Assembly (NCBI RefSeq): GCF_009834535.1
Contig: NC_045696.1
Location: 97,032,001 to 97,096,000 of the forward strand
Source of the DNA: Camelus ferus
Lineage: Eukaryota
Direction of reading: 5' to 3'
Length of the DNA: 64,000 nucleotides
Shown here: positions 11,501 through 24,350 of the stretch, one piece after another
Numbering within the stretch: position 1 is the first letter of the stretch
Layout: each line of letters starts with the position of its first letter
Translations under genes and position numbers: made by a program
The notes under the pieces: generated by a model
What the model saw: only the letters and a program-made list of their open reading frames with translations
What the model was told of the DNA's origin: nothing
The model's database searches: none

Positions 11501-12035
11501 TGGCTAGCTTGAGGATCAAGGTACAAGTAAAATGGAATCATCCATAGATGGGCCTCAGAGGTCTTTGAACTGCTTAACCTTGTAAATGACTTCTGGCTAA
11601 GAACAAGCCTGGATTTTAGGTGTGTGGTAGGTGGAAATCTTGCTTGAGATTTCTTCTTTGACCCATGTGTTATTTAGAACTGTGCTGTTTAATCTACTTG
11701 TATTTTGCGATTTTCCAGTTGTCTTTCTGTTATTGGTTTCTAGTTTAATTACATTGTGGTCCAAGAGCAGACAGTGTATGACTTCCATTCCTTTAAATGT
11801 GTTTTATGAATGTGCTCTGTCTTGGTGAATGTTCCATGTGAGCTTGAGAAGAATGTGTATTTTGCTGTTTTTGGATAAAACAGTCAATATACCCAGTTGG
11901 TTGACGGTGTTGAGTTCAATTATATCCTTACTAGTTTTCTGTCCGTTAGGTCTGTCAGTTTCTTCTAGAGAGGTGTTGAATCTCCATCTATGATAGTGGA
12001 TCCATCTATTTCTCCTTGCAGTTCTGTTAGTTTTT

Positions 12036-12176
12036 CTTTTTCAGTTTTTTATTACATTTTTTGTTTGTTTTGGGGGCAGGTAATTAGGTTATTTTTTTTA
12101 ATGGAGTGACTAGGGATTGAACCCAGGACCTCGTGCATGCTAAGCACTCGTTCCACCACTGAGCTATACCCTCCCC
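12036..12176 (-). mobile_element. Camelid tRNA-derived SINE (Vic-1 type)
   Basis: Reverse complement reads ggggagggtatagctcagtggtggaacgagtgcttagcatgcacgaggtcctgggttcaatccc, with A and B boxes and an A-rich tail. 16-bp TSD agttctgttagttttt (12020-12035) / agttctatcagttttt (12178-12193). Confidence 0.92.
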
Positions 12177-12998
12177 TAGTTCTATCAGTTTTTGCCTCAT
12201 GAAGTTTGACGCTCTGTTATGTGAATATACATCAAGGATTGTTATGTCTTTTTGGAGACTTGGCCCCTATCATTATGCAATGCCCCTCTTTATTCCTGAT
12301 AACTTTCCTTGCTTTGATGCTTGCTCTGTCTGGAGTTACTATAGCTATTATTGCTTTCTATTGATTATTGTTAGCATGATATATTTGTAACTTTCCCTTT
12401 ACTTTTAATCTGTATGTATCTTTACATTTAAAGTGGGTTTCTTGTAGATAACATATAGTTGGGTCTTGTTTTTGGATTCACTCTGACAATCTCTGTCTCT
12501 TAATTGGTGCATTTAGACCATTAACATTCAAAATTATTTTTGATAAAGTTGGATTAATATCTACATTAGTTACTATGTTTTCTATTTGTTGTCCTTGTTC
12601 TTTGTTCTTATTTTTGCCTTCCTCTTTTTTCTGCCTTTTATGGTTTTATTGAGCATTTTATATGATTTCATTTTCTTTCCTTTCTTAGCATATCAGTTAT
12701 ACTTCTTATTTCCCTTTTTCTTCTTATTCTTCCCCTTTCTTTCCCTGATTGCCCTAGAGTTGCAATATACATTTACAACTAATCTAAGTCTACTTTCAGG
12801 AAACACTTTACCACTTCATGGGTAGGGTGAGTACTTTATAATAACAAAATAATACTATTTCCTCCCCCCATCCCTTGTATCATTGCTGTCATTCATTTCA
12901 TTTATGTATAAGCATACATAAGTGTGTATATATATATACATATATATACCTGAGATATACATATGCATACATAATCAAATACATGTTGCTACTATTTT

Positions 12999-13376
12999 TT
13001 CTTTTTTAATTAAATTTTTTTCTTTTTTATACTATTTTTAAAGGTTACTTAACATTTACAGTTACTACAAAATATTGGCTATATTCCCAATGTTGTACAA
13101 TAAATTCTTGAGCCAATTTTACATCCAGTAGTTTGTACCTCCCACTCTCCACCTCTATATTGCCCCTCCCCCTCCAACTGGTAACCACTAGTTTGTTCTC
13201 TATATCTGTGACTCTGCTTCTTTTTTGTTGTTATATTCACTAGTTTGTTGTATTTTTTAGGTTTCACATACAAGTGATATCATATGGTATTTGTCTTTCT
13301 CTGTCTGACTTATTTCACTTAACATAATGCCCTTCAAGTTCCATGTTTCTGCAAATGGCAAAACTTTTTTTTTTAA

Positions 13377-13410
<34 letters not shown>

Positions 13411-14111
13411 CATGCCACAACTTCTTTATCCATTCATCTGTTGAGGAACATTTAGGTTGCTTCTATATCTTGGCAATTGTAAATAATGCTGCTATGACTA
13501 TTGCGGTGCATGTATCTTTTCGAATTAGTGTTTTGGGGTTTTTTTTGGATATATATCTAGAAGTGGAATTGCTGGGTTATATGGTAAAGTAAAGGAAATA
13601 AAAGCAAAAATAAACAAATAGGACCTAATTAAACTCAGAAGCTTTTGCACAGCAAAGGAAACCATTGACAGAATGAAAAGACAACCTATGGACTGGGAGA
13701 AAATATTTGCAAATGATATGACTGATAAGGGATTTATATCCAACATATATAAATAGCTCATACAACTCAAGATCAAAAAACAGACAACCCTATTAAAAAG
13801 TGGACAGAAGAACTGAATAGATATTTTTCCAAAGAGGAAATGCAGATAGCCAACAGGCACATGAAAAGTTGTTCAACATCACTAATCATCAGGGAAATGC
13901 AAGTCAAAACCACAATGAGATATCACCTCACATCCTTCAGAATGGCTATCATCAAAAAGAACACAAATAAAAAATGTTGGTGAGGATGTGGATAAAGGGA
14001 ACCCTTGTATACTGTTGGTGGGAATATAAATTGATGTAGCCATTCTGGAAAAACAGTATGGCTGTTCCTCAAAAAAGGAAAATAGAACTACCATATGACC
14101 CAGAAATTCCA
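12999..14111 (-). mobile_element. Cetartiodactyl-type L1 with 5' inversion (12999-13586 minus; 13587-14111 plus)
   Basis: Poly-T, 3'UTR and ORF2 end on the minus strand, abutting plus-strand ORF2 sequence (aaagcaaaaataaacaaataggacctaattaaactc...aatagaactaccatatgacccag). Confidence 0.93.
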
Positions 14112-17100
14112 TCATTGCTGTTGTTATTTTGAGCAAACTGTTAAATGTTAGCTCAATTAAAAATAAGAAAAAGATTTTATTTTACCTTCACTTATTCCTT
14201 CTTTGATGCTCTTCCTTTCTTTATGTAGAACTGAGTTTCTGACCTATACTATTTTTCTTCTCTCTAAAAAATTCTTTCAACATTTCTTATAAGGCAGGTC
14301 TACCACCAATACATTTTCTTAATTTTTGCCTGAGAAAGTCCTTATTTCTCCTTCACTTTTAAAGGATAATTTCATAGGGTACAGAATTCTAGGTTGGTAT
14401 CTACTCTTTTGCTTGCACAGTTTCTGAAGAGGTTGCATGTAATTCTTATCTTTGCTTCTCTCCAGGAAAGGTTTTTCCCTCTGGCTTCTTTCAAAAATTT
14501 TTTTCTTTATGTTTGATTTTCTGTACTTTGAAGATGATATGCCTACACATTGTTTTGTTTTGTTTTGTTTTTGGATTAATCCTGCTCCGTGTTCTCTGAG
14601 CTTCTTGGATCTGTGGTTTGTGTTGACATTAATTTGGTGAAATTCTCAGTTATTGAATTCTCAATTTTGAATACCATTCACAAATTTAAGTAATTTGAAA
14701 TTATTATTTCAAATATTTCACTTGTTCCTTTCTCTCTCCTTCTGGTATTCCCATTATGCATGTGTTATATCCTTTTTTATGTACTGTTGTCTCACAGACC
14801 TTGGACACTGTGTTCTGTTTCTTTCAGTCTTTGTTCTCTTTGCTTTTTAGTTTTGGAGATTTCTACTGAGATATCCTCAAGTTCAGAGATTTTTTCCTCA
14901 GCCTTGTTCAGTCTACTAATAAGCCCATCAAAGGCATTCTTTATTTCTGTTGCAATATTCTTGATCTCCAACATTTCCTTTTGGTTCTTTTTTTAGGATT
15001 CACATCTCTCGGCTTATATTGCCCACCTGTTCTAATATATCCGTTAGCTCCCTTAGCATATTAATCGTAGTTGTTTTAAATTCCTTGTCTGATAATTCCA
15101 ACATTCTTGCCCCTTCTGGTTCTGATGCTCGTTCTAACTTTTTATGCTTTGTATGTTTTTATTGACAGCTGGACATGACATACTGGATAAAAGGAACTGC
15201 TGTAAATAGGCCTTTAGTAACACGGCAGTGAGGTGTGGGGAAAGAGGAAGTGTTCTCTCATCCTATGATTGGGTCTCAAGTCTTTTGTTGAGCCTATGCT
15301 TCTGGACTATGAACTTCATAAGTGTTTCTCTGGTGTTTTTCTCCCCTCTTAGGTGGGAGAGGATGGTTAGAGTAGACTGGAGTCTGGTATTTCTCTTCCC
15401 CATGTCAGTTAGGCTCTGATAGTACCCTAGCAGGTAGAGTCTGGTTAAATAATCCCCCTGCGGGCAGGCCTTGTTAAGAACAGAATGCTCTGGCATATTT
15501 CACAATGGGTTCTTTTCCCTTTTTCCTTCAGGAAGCACAAGGGGATTTTTCTCCAGTATTTACCGTGGGAACCTAGACAAGCTTCTGGAGGTAAATCTCA
15601 CAATATTGTGGGAGTCCCCGTCTGGGCATGCCTGGAATTTTTAACTCTCAGACTTTTCCTCACTGAGCCTCTGGCGATTCATCAATTACAGATCAGGTTT
15701 TCCTACTTAGACATTGGTTCCCACAGGTGGTTTCCACTCCCAAGTCTCTGCTCTGGTAAGCAGCGACTCCCTGTGTTTTCTTCTCTTCAGTCCTGGGGGC
15801 AGTGGTCTGCTCTGTGTCCTCTCTTCTCTTACGGATCCAAGAAAAGTTGTATTTTCAGTCTGTTCAGCTTTTTACTTGTTGTTAGGACAGGGTGGTGACT
15901 TTCAAGCTCCTTCTGTGTGGAACCAGCTGTAGATTTTACTAAATGCCAGTGTCACTGAGAGAGCTGTTTATTCAAGGTGGAGGAATTTAAAACATACCAA
16001 GAGAATCTAGATACTCATTGGTTTCTAATCATTAATATTTTGCTCCAACTAGGAGGATTGGAGTAAGTGTGAAGTGTTTGGTTGGCGTGAAGGATGGAAT
16101 GAAGACTAAGAGAAAGTTTTGTTTCAGTCAGCAGGCTACTCAGATAGGGTCCTGGCCTTTCTGAAATCTGTACAGTCCTTCTTAGAAAGGCAACATTCTT
16201 AATGAAGGGATCTTAGTTGGCTCAGACATAGTCCTTTATGAGGCAGTATCTATAAAATGGGTGTATTGCTAGTAAGTAAAGCTGCTCAGAGGCTTTGCTC
16301 TGTGTATATAATGTGTTACTTTTTTTTCCCTCCATCAATCCCAAGTATATAGCAAGTGCCCATTCTTTCTATCAGTTCTAACTCTCTCCTCATTACTTTC
16401 TTGAATAGGAAGAGATAGAGTCCTATATATTGAGAATTTTTAAGAAAATGGTCTATTCTATTACAGGGAAAAAGTCAAAACCACAGCATATTTATATTTT
16501 TAAGTAAAAATCAGTCAAAGAAATAATACAATATTTTGTGTTGTTGATGATAACATAGCATGCTTTTTTTTTTTTTTTTAAACTGCTGCTCAAGTTTGGT
16601 AAAGGATCTCCAACCCTGCATTGAGAGAACTGTGTTCTTGTGGAGAATGGAAGAGACAGAGTCTGACAAAATGGGCCTGGGCCTCCAAGTATAACAGCTG
16701 CGCCTTCTGATTTGGCAGTATCTCTAGTCAGTGAAGCCGCAAGGTGACATCATTCGGAACATTTTACATTAACTTAGGGGAGGCTAGATACGGGAGAGAA
16801 GCAAAACTTTAAAATGCAATCTGGTTTAATCAAAACCAGGGAACCATGAACTGTTTGGGACTCAGAAGGAAAAAAGAGAACTTGAAAGCGACTATAATAT
16901 ACAGGCTGCAATGCTACTGCTCTGTGACAGCTTCTATTTAATGGGAAAGCTGTGGTCTTCCAAGGTAAAGATGGTAAATCTGATTAGAGATCTGCTTGGA
17001 ACAGGGAGTGTACTCTGACCTCTGGAAGAGGGTTTTACCCTCTGAGGGAGCCTCACCACATCCTATGTGTACACTGGATGACTAATATTTATTATAGAGC

Positions 17101-18849
17101 CATGTGATGGAACAGGTGAACAAAGGTTGTTCCTGGTCACCTTGGGTCCATCACCACAATCACTCCTCTTGCGGAATGTGATATATTGCTGGCCTCTCTT
17201 GACAGTTTTTGAGCCACCAACAAATGCTATTTTATAAATACAGCTCAGAAACCCCAGGGATTTGTTCGGACAGATTATCAAACATATTGCCTGCTTACCC
17301 TGATTCTCAGTTGTAAAAGGATTCTCCCAACACTTCCTTTGTAGTTGTGGCTCTGCTTTGATTGGCTGTGAATGATGTCATGACACTGTTTACTTTTCTT
17401 AGCTGAAGGCAAGGACTGGAGTGTGATAAGTGTGCCCACCCTGCATTAGGTAAAAGGAGAAGCTGTACACATAAACCTTGAGCCATGTTGCACTCATTTA
17501 CTACCAGCCTGTGATGTGGCAACTCAATGAAACACACATCATCTGTGTGTCTTTTGTTATTTACAGCTTTTGGAAGTTTCTGTTTACCTTGGATTCTTCC
17601 TCTTGGACTGTCTTTCTAAGTTTAGTATTTGAGCCCTACTGTTAACAAGCTGTGTCTTTCCACAAACACAAAGCAAATTACTAGGCACAATTTGAAAAGA
17701 GATTTGTGGATACAATTCTGTCCTGACAAAGTTTTAAAACAAGTAGGCTTTGTTTATAATTGAGAGTTGAATTGCCAGGTCTTTGTAGCTCATTTCCACA
17801 AAGCAGAAAATGCCTATAAAGGAGGCACTTGACTAGGTGATTTTAGAAAAATATTAACATATCTTATGAGCTTAGAATTACTTCTGGCATTTCTAGAGAG
17901 GTAAGAAAATGCTCATTGTAGAATTTACAAATAACTCTTTAAGTAACAGATAAAGTAGAATGTATGCAATTTATTCAGCTAGATGTTATAAATTAGACCA
18001 AAAGGTTTTCAGGAGAGGTAAATTCTGTCAAAATGTCTTCAAAGTTGGGTTTTTTTTTTTAAAGAATGATTTTACCCTGCTTCATATAAAATGTATTCCA
18101 AAAAATTTGGTTGCACAGTCCAAAAAAAAAAAAAAAAAAGAAACCCAACACATTTTCACAATTACTTTTATTATAATTTAGAGGTAGAATGTCCTGTGAA
18201 AAGTTATAGACACCAATTAAATAAAAATGACCCCTAACTTGTACTGTGCTTTGTAGATTCACAGCTTAGAAAAGGCCACAAGAACCTACGGATAACCAAT
18301 GACCCACAACATCCAGCCTGTCTTTAGACACTTCCTGTGATCGGAACTCAACTTTTGTGATAACTTGTCCAATTTTCAGAAGAAAGTTTTCAAAGGAAAT
18401 TTAGGTGGTTGACCTTGATCAACAGGCTTAAACTTTCTGGGTGTCAGAATTTTTCCTGGTAAATTGTTGAGTAGTTTTTGCATTCCTACTGTGGATCAGG
18501 CAGCCCAAAATATTTCTATGGTGGGGGGAGCCCAGGCAAAGTATAAATAAACAAAGAGAATGAAATGGAAAAATAAGGTGCACAGAAAGTTTACACTCTG
18601 GGGATATAAAGTTGAACAAGACAATAGTCAAAAGGGAAAGATGGGGGACATAATCAAACAGTTATGCAGATAGTACAATAAGCAATTTAATAAGGTTCAA
18701 AAAATTCTGGGGACATGGGGAGCACTGTTCACTATTTGTTCTTTTCAAAGCTCTCTCCTACCCAAGTTCAAAGTTCTGATTTCCTATAAAAACTGGCCAA
18801 CAGCTCTGCTCTGTGGATCAGGACCTCCCTCCAGGCGCCTCCTATCCAC

Positions 18850-18995
18850 ACCCTCCAGAGTCCCCTAGACCATGAACTCCAATGAAGGCAGGGACCACAT
18901 CTATTTTATTCATCCTTTGATACATAAAATCTGAGCCCAGATTCTGACAGTTGGAGATCCCAAGTAACTATATGCTGAGTAAATAAATAAGTGAA
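18850..18995 (+). mobile_element. L2 3' end fragment
   Basis: ctagaccatgaactccaatgaaggcagggaccacatctattttattcatc...tatgctgagtaaataaataag. Confidence 0.65.
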
Positions 18996-18999
18996 TCCT

Positions 19000-19440
19000 A
19001 TCCAGAAGCCAATGGAGAGCTGCTAAAGGAAGTTATTTAAAGTAGTGACATGATCGTTCCTTCCCTTACTACTCCATCTGGAAACATACTTCTGGTAGCA
19101 GTGGGGATGTGGCTCAAAGAAGGTGATATAGGAGGGTGTTACAATCGTTCAAGTAAGGAGCAATGAGAGGATGAAATAGGGTGATGCCAAGGATACTGGG
19201 CGAGGGGGGTAGCTTTGATAATTGACTGAATAATGGTGGTGGTGGTGAAGAAGTAAAATAAGTTGAAAATTATTTTCTGAGTTCTGGTTTTGTATTTTTC
19301 CAAATAAGGCACATGGGAAGAAGAGCAATTTCTAGAGGCAGACCATGGCTCAATTTTGGACATGTTGCACCAAATGTGACTGTGGACAGTAAGACAGGGA
19401 GAGGCTCACTGGGCGTTTATCAGACTAGGTCTGGAGCTGA
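19000..19440 (-). mobile_element. L2 internal fragment
   Basis: caatggagagctgctaaagg...agtgacatgatc...ttttggacatgttgc...ggtctggagctga, typical of antisense L2. Confidence 0.6.
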
Positions 19441-19945
19441 TATTGCAGACATTGTTGTTAACTCCCCAGCCCCCATTCCACTCCTTTCTTAAAATGATTT
19501 AGGAAATTGACCTCATCTCAAAGGTAGAGCTGGTTGATCTAAAAGTGTTGATCCCAAAATGATCCTACTTGCCAGAAATTGGCTCAGCAATAGGCATATG
19601 ATCTAATTCCCATCAGTGAGAACCAAGGAGATGTTTGCAGGAGGCTTCTGGGAAAGGCACAGGAAACCAGGCTTTCTCTCCCAGTGGATGTGGATGAGGA
19701 ACCCTACAGCCCTGGTGCTCCTGACAGCTTTCCTGCAGCCACAAAGGTACCAAGCCGCAGGATGAGGCCAACACTGACGAATGCAGAGTAGAGAGAGAGA
19801 ACTCATTTCCTGGACAACATTGTTGAATCTGTGTATCAGCCACCTTGGAAGCTTATTCTACTTCTGGATGGCCCCTCATATGAGCACTTTCATATCTTTT
19901 ATGAGAATCTTGCTAATGGCAGTTACAAGCACCCTAACTGAAACA
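19441..19945 (+). mobile_element. MLT1 (J/K/L-type) MaLR solo LTR
   Basis: ggcatatgatctaattcc...ggcttctgggaaag...ggatgaggccaacac...ending caccctaactgaaaca. Confidence 0.7.
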
Positions 19946-20617
19946 CTTGGTGGTCACCAGCCACTGACTGACAGCTAAAGCTGGGGATGTTAGAAGAGAT
20001 TACCCGGGAGAAGCTGGCTGAGAATGGCGTTCTGGGCACTTTACAATTACGGTTGCATCCAATTCTGATTCTAACCTGTGACTCAAGATTTTTTTTAGTC
20101 AAACTCAATGTCCCAAGTCTGTCCTGCCAGAAAGTAGCCCTGTGGCTCAGAACAGTCTACAAATCACTTAGCCTTTCTGTGTTTCAATGAGCTGAATGGT
20201 GAATTGGGGGAATACAGTCACTCTACACACCTATATGAACAGGTTCAGGCTTTGTAGAGCTTGAAGCATATACAGTTTTGAGCTGCCCTCTTAAAAACTG
20301 GGTACAGAGTTGAAAGGAAGCAGAGTAGATGAGAGGCCCTAAAGCTTCAAGATACATCTTCATCTGCTTAACTTTTCAAGTTGTTGTGTGAAATGAGTGA
20401 GATAAAGCATCTGACATGCTTAGCACATGGTAACTGTTCAGTAAAGGCTGGCTGGCATGATTAGGAATAATTTAACACATAATTTAGATCTAGACTATGG
20501 TGATGCACAAACATATGTATTTGTTTAATTATTATATTGCTAAGTTAAACTCTTCCCCTCACTTCTGAGCAGAGTGCTTCCTAACTCCCTCTCCCTCACC
20601 CTCTCTGTAGGGCACAC

Positions 20618-20882
20618 TTTTCCATGAAGCACAGGGGAAAGGCACCTTGGGCCCATAATAATTTCAGGAACACACAGAAAGTTTTTATTTCTTTTAAAGT
20701 CAGAGGAGAAAAATGAACTTTGAAAGGTTAAAGAAAATATTTTAAGACACAATATAAATATATTCATCTTTATTCCAATGCTCTAGTAAAATCTAATTAA
20801 AACAAAATTTTCTTTTTAACGGAGAAAGAAGCCTGCAGAGGCAAAAGTTTCCAAGGCCCCCAAAAGTCAGAATGCAGCCTTG
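20618..20882. mobile_element. hAT MITE, MER96B-like
   Basis: ttttatttcttttaaagtcagaggagaaaaatgaac...atattcatctttattccaatgc...aggcaaaagtttccaaggcccccaaaagtcagaatgcagccttg. Confidence 0.55.
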
Positions 20883-23126
20883 CTATCTGCTTCTCCCCCT
20901 TTGTCACCTTTTTTCTCTTTCCCATTATTTTCTACACCTTCACCTCTTCCTTGCTTCTCCCCACTTTTTACCATTTGAATTCTTACAATTCTTCTAGCAT
21001 CTTCTGGCCTATATCCATATGACTCTCTTGTGCAAAATGAAAAAATAAAAGCAAGCATTTTCCTTGTGTTAGCTTTTCTTTACTGTCTCAGCCTTTTAAA
21101 TTCCTTGGGTTATCGGCTCTCAGAATGAAGACACACAATCCCTTTTAGAATGAGGACTCAGAAGGTGTGGAGACACACCTTCTGAAACTGCAGCCTCTTG
21201 AGAGTCTGATTCCCGGCAAAGAGTGTTGCTTCTCTGCATTTCACACTGGAACGCAGTGCAGACGATGCACAGTACTCAGGATTACAGAGCCGTGGAGGCT
21301 TACCGCACTGCGACAGCTCGCAAGAAAGAGAACGCCACGTCTTTTTCTGGATGCAATTCTGAGTGTCATGTATGTATTAATTCTTGGGCTCAAGCCAAGT
21401 TACCTTGGGGGTGAGATGCAATCTATTATTTTTAGGTCATATTGGGGAGGGATGTAGGCTATTATTTTAGGTTAGTAAGAAGATAGTTTGGGTTAATTTT
21501 AGATGATCAGGTTTCCTATTATGAACCGTCCTTCAAAAAACTAATTTTGGAATGTTATCATGTATAGTTCATGCTTATGGAGGACTTAATGTTGGAAGCA
21601 TTCCTTAGTTCAAGGGGATTTCACGCCTGGGTAGTTTTCAAGTTTCATTGTTTTCCAGTTTACTTGCCTGACTTAGAATCCTTACTGCTTCTTAAATTTC
21701 ACAAATAAATGAGTTCAAGAAAAAAGCATACACACCAAAAACAAACCAGTACTTAACTCCTTCTTCCAACAACCCCACTGTCCTGAGGGAGAGATACATA
21801 AAGTAAGAAGTAAAGTGGCGAGTTTCCTGTTTCATAAATGCCTTGAATTCTAATTATTCCTTGAAGACAGATTTAAAACAAAGGCTTTTATGAATAATGT
21901 ACAGATCATTAAGATTGTAATCTCTAAACTCTGGCACATAAGTCTCGGATTTACCATATAAGTTCACACTGATTATGCAGAATGATTTCCAGATGTTTAC
22001 TCTCTGCATATAATTAAATTTTGGTAAAAATTACAACTTACTCAGTTGCTTAAAAAAAAAAGAAAAAGAACTGTCAACAGAAGCATGAAAGAAGTTTTCA
22101 CTGAGATATTTTTCCCCTCACAGTAGTCACTCCTTTCATGACAGAAATCTTCTTAAAAAATCTCTGGCTCACTTCAACCCACTCCCAATTTTAACAGAGA
22201 AGAGAAAGTTGCTCTAGGAAATGTGATGGATTGATCACGTCAAGTCCATCATTTGGGATGAAAATGCCACAGAATTTGCATGACAAAATAGAAAATTGGC
22301 ACAATTATTGAGTCTATATTCACAGACGTAAATGAGAATAGAAAAATATAACAATGGGCAGTAAAGTTAAATATTTCGGGAAAATCAAAGTATTTTGGAA
22401 AAACAGGTTATGAGCATTGTTTTTGTATGCATTGGGAACTGAAATGATAAGTTGGGGAAAATCTGCCCAGTGTATCAGCTAGAATGGGGGTATCATGCAC
22501 AACAGCAAACGAAGAGACAGATGCTGCGTGATGGAAAAGGAACAAAAGTCAGGCAAGAAAATAGTTCAAAGGTACATATCATGTAGAAATCATTTAAATA
22601 TATTAAAAAGAAGGAGATGGTAAAATAATCAAATACAGAGTAATAAAGCAGAGGGGAAACACGGAGAGAAGACGAAGGAGGCAAAATAATTTGACAAGAG
22701 AGGAAGGATGAAGGAGTAGAATGAGAGCCAGCACCAGGCACTGGTTCTGTAATGACCTGTTTCTCATGAAAAATGCATTATCCTAGAAGGGAATGATTTT
22801 TCTCCTCCCTCACGCTACTCTGATTTGTGTGTCTACAACCCACCAAGCCCACTGGGATGCAGCCGATGGATTCAGAGCCTCCAGAATGATCAACAAGAGA
22901 CTGCCATCCCTGACACCAAATGCAGTGTAAATAATTAAATATCAATGAAAGTCAACTAACATTTATGGAGTGTGTACCCCCAGGATGAAGCAGGCATCAA
23001 CAATGTGACAGAAGTTTAGGGTCTTGACAGAAATGCAAAAACCCAAATGAACTACAATGGTGATTCAGGGGGAGGGAGACTAAAAAAGGGTAAATGTAAC
23101 TTAGCCCAGAAGTTCTTAACCTTTTT

Positions 23127-23225
23127 CCTTTTTTTTTTTTTTCAAATTTAGTGGAAGTACTGGGGATTGAACCCAGAACCTCATGCATGCTAAGCATGTG
23201 CTCTACCACTGAGCTATACTCACCC
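23127..23225 (-). mobile_element. Camelid tRNA-derived SINE (Vic-1 type)
   Basis: gtactggggattgaacccagaacctcatgcatgctaagcatgtgctctaccactgagctatac with poly-T. Degenerate TSD tcttaaccttttt (23114-23126) / tcttaatgttttt (23226-23238). Confidence 0.92.
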
Positions 23226-23864
23226 TCTTAATGTTTTTTGGAATAACACACTTTGCATATTTAATGAAAGCCTCAAGCTTTTACCCACAAAAATACACAT
23301 TTTTGTGTACAAACAAAACAGTGCTTATGTCAGGAGGTTTATAGATCTCCTGAGGTCTGTGTTCCCTCTGGTTTAAGATCTTAGAGTTCTGAATTTAATA
23401 GAAATATAATTTTTAATAGGCCACTATTTACTTACTGATTCACTTCAGTTATAACCTTAGGAATGATTGTAATTACTGAATTTAACTAAAGAGTGAGGCA
23501 CAGATTTTGTCCCTCTGTGAAATCTTTATTCAAACAATGACTTGCTTAGTCTTCTAGCAGAATTGAAACTTTTGGTTTGTTTATATATTTCTTATACCTT
23601 GCTGAATTCTAGAAAAAATTTTGACTTGTAAAGTGCATATAATACAAATAATAAAATAAGTACTTGGAGGAATCAGGGTGAAATAAAAACCTAGTTTAAA
23701 AAAAATATCCAAAATCCAGAGGCAAAAATTAGCAGAGTATACAGTTTTGTGGTACACAAAAATGACAATTTTGTGACAAACCTAAGACAGAGACAGGCTT
23801 AACTACAAGACTTATAACAATCTATAAAACAAAAACTAATATGGTTGTTGGATATTGGTTAGGG

Positions 23865-24350
23865 TATATTAGGCTTCAAGTAACAGAATGCACAACTAAT
23901 AATGCTTTACATGAATCTGTGGATTTTCTCTCACTTAATAAGAAATCCAGAGGTGGGCAGTTGTTCGGTCATGTTAACAGAGACTCGGGCCTTTTCTATC
24001 TGTCTTCTCTACTATGTTTAGGGTGTTGATTTTTTTACCATTCTTATTGCTTCATTGCCTCAAGTGAGCTGCTGCAACCCCAGACATCACATCCATGACC
24101 AAGGTAGGGAGAAGAGGTAAAGGATAGTCTAAGAGCTCTCCTCCCACATGTATTTTTCAGCAGGAAAGTAACTGCCATCCAAGAGGCTTCTTTGTAGACT
24201 TCTTTCTATGTTTGATAGCCACAACTGGATCATATGAATCCCTCCTCACTACAAGGCTGGGAAAGCGAGCATCTGCCTTGGCCTTTACAGGGACAGCAGG
24301 GCAGGCGAGAGCCTTGGGAATGGCTTTGGGTTAGTGTCTTCTCTACACAA
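23865..24350 (-). mobile_element. MLT1 (K/L-type) MaLR LTR
   Basis: ggcttcaagtaacagaa...ctcacttaataagaaatccagaggtgggcag...gctgctgcaaccccagacatcacatcc. Confidence 0.65.

Larger units (their letters stand above)
11635..15928 (-). mobile_element. Old L1 (L1MC/L1MD-type) 5' portion: 5'UTR, decayed ORF1, spacer and ORF2 endonuclease region; 3'-truncated; hosts two later insertions
   Basis: Minus-strand ORF1 coiled coil EIKNAFDGLISRLNKAEEKISELED (14792-14974) and ORF1 C-terminal QPRILYPMKLSFKSEGEI (~14340-14397). EN-domain NAPIKRQRLSE*IQKQDPTICYLQETHF (~12430-12513) and DHNVIKLETN (~11735-11765). Confidence 0.88.

Noticed and set aside
12100..12176. tRNA-like sequence with A and B boxes (also at 23.2 kb and 29.3 kb)
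   Set aside because: These are SINE heads with A-rich tails and, in at least two cases, TSDs; they are not tRNA genes.
14792..14974. Coiled-coil ORF
   Set aside because: It is a decayed L1 ORF1 remnant, not a host gene.
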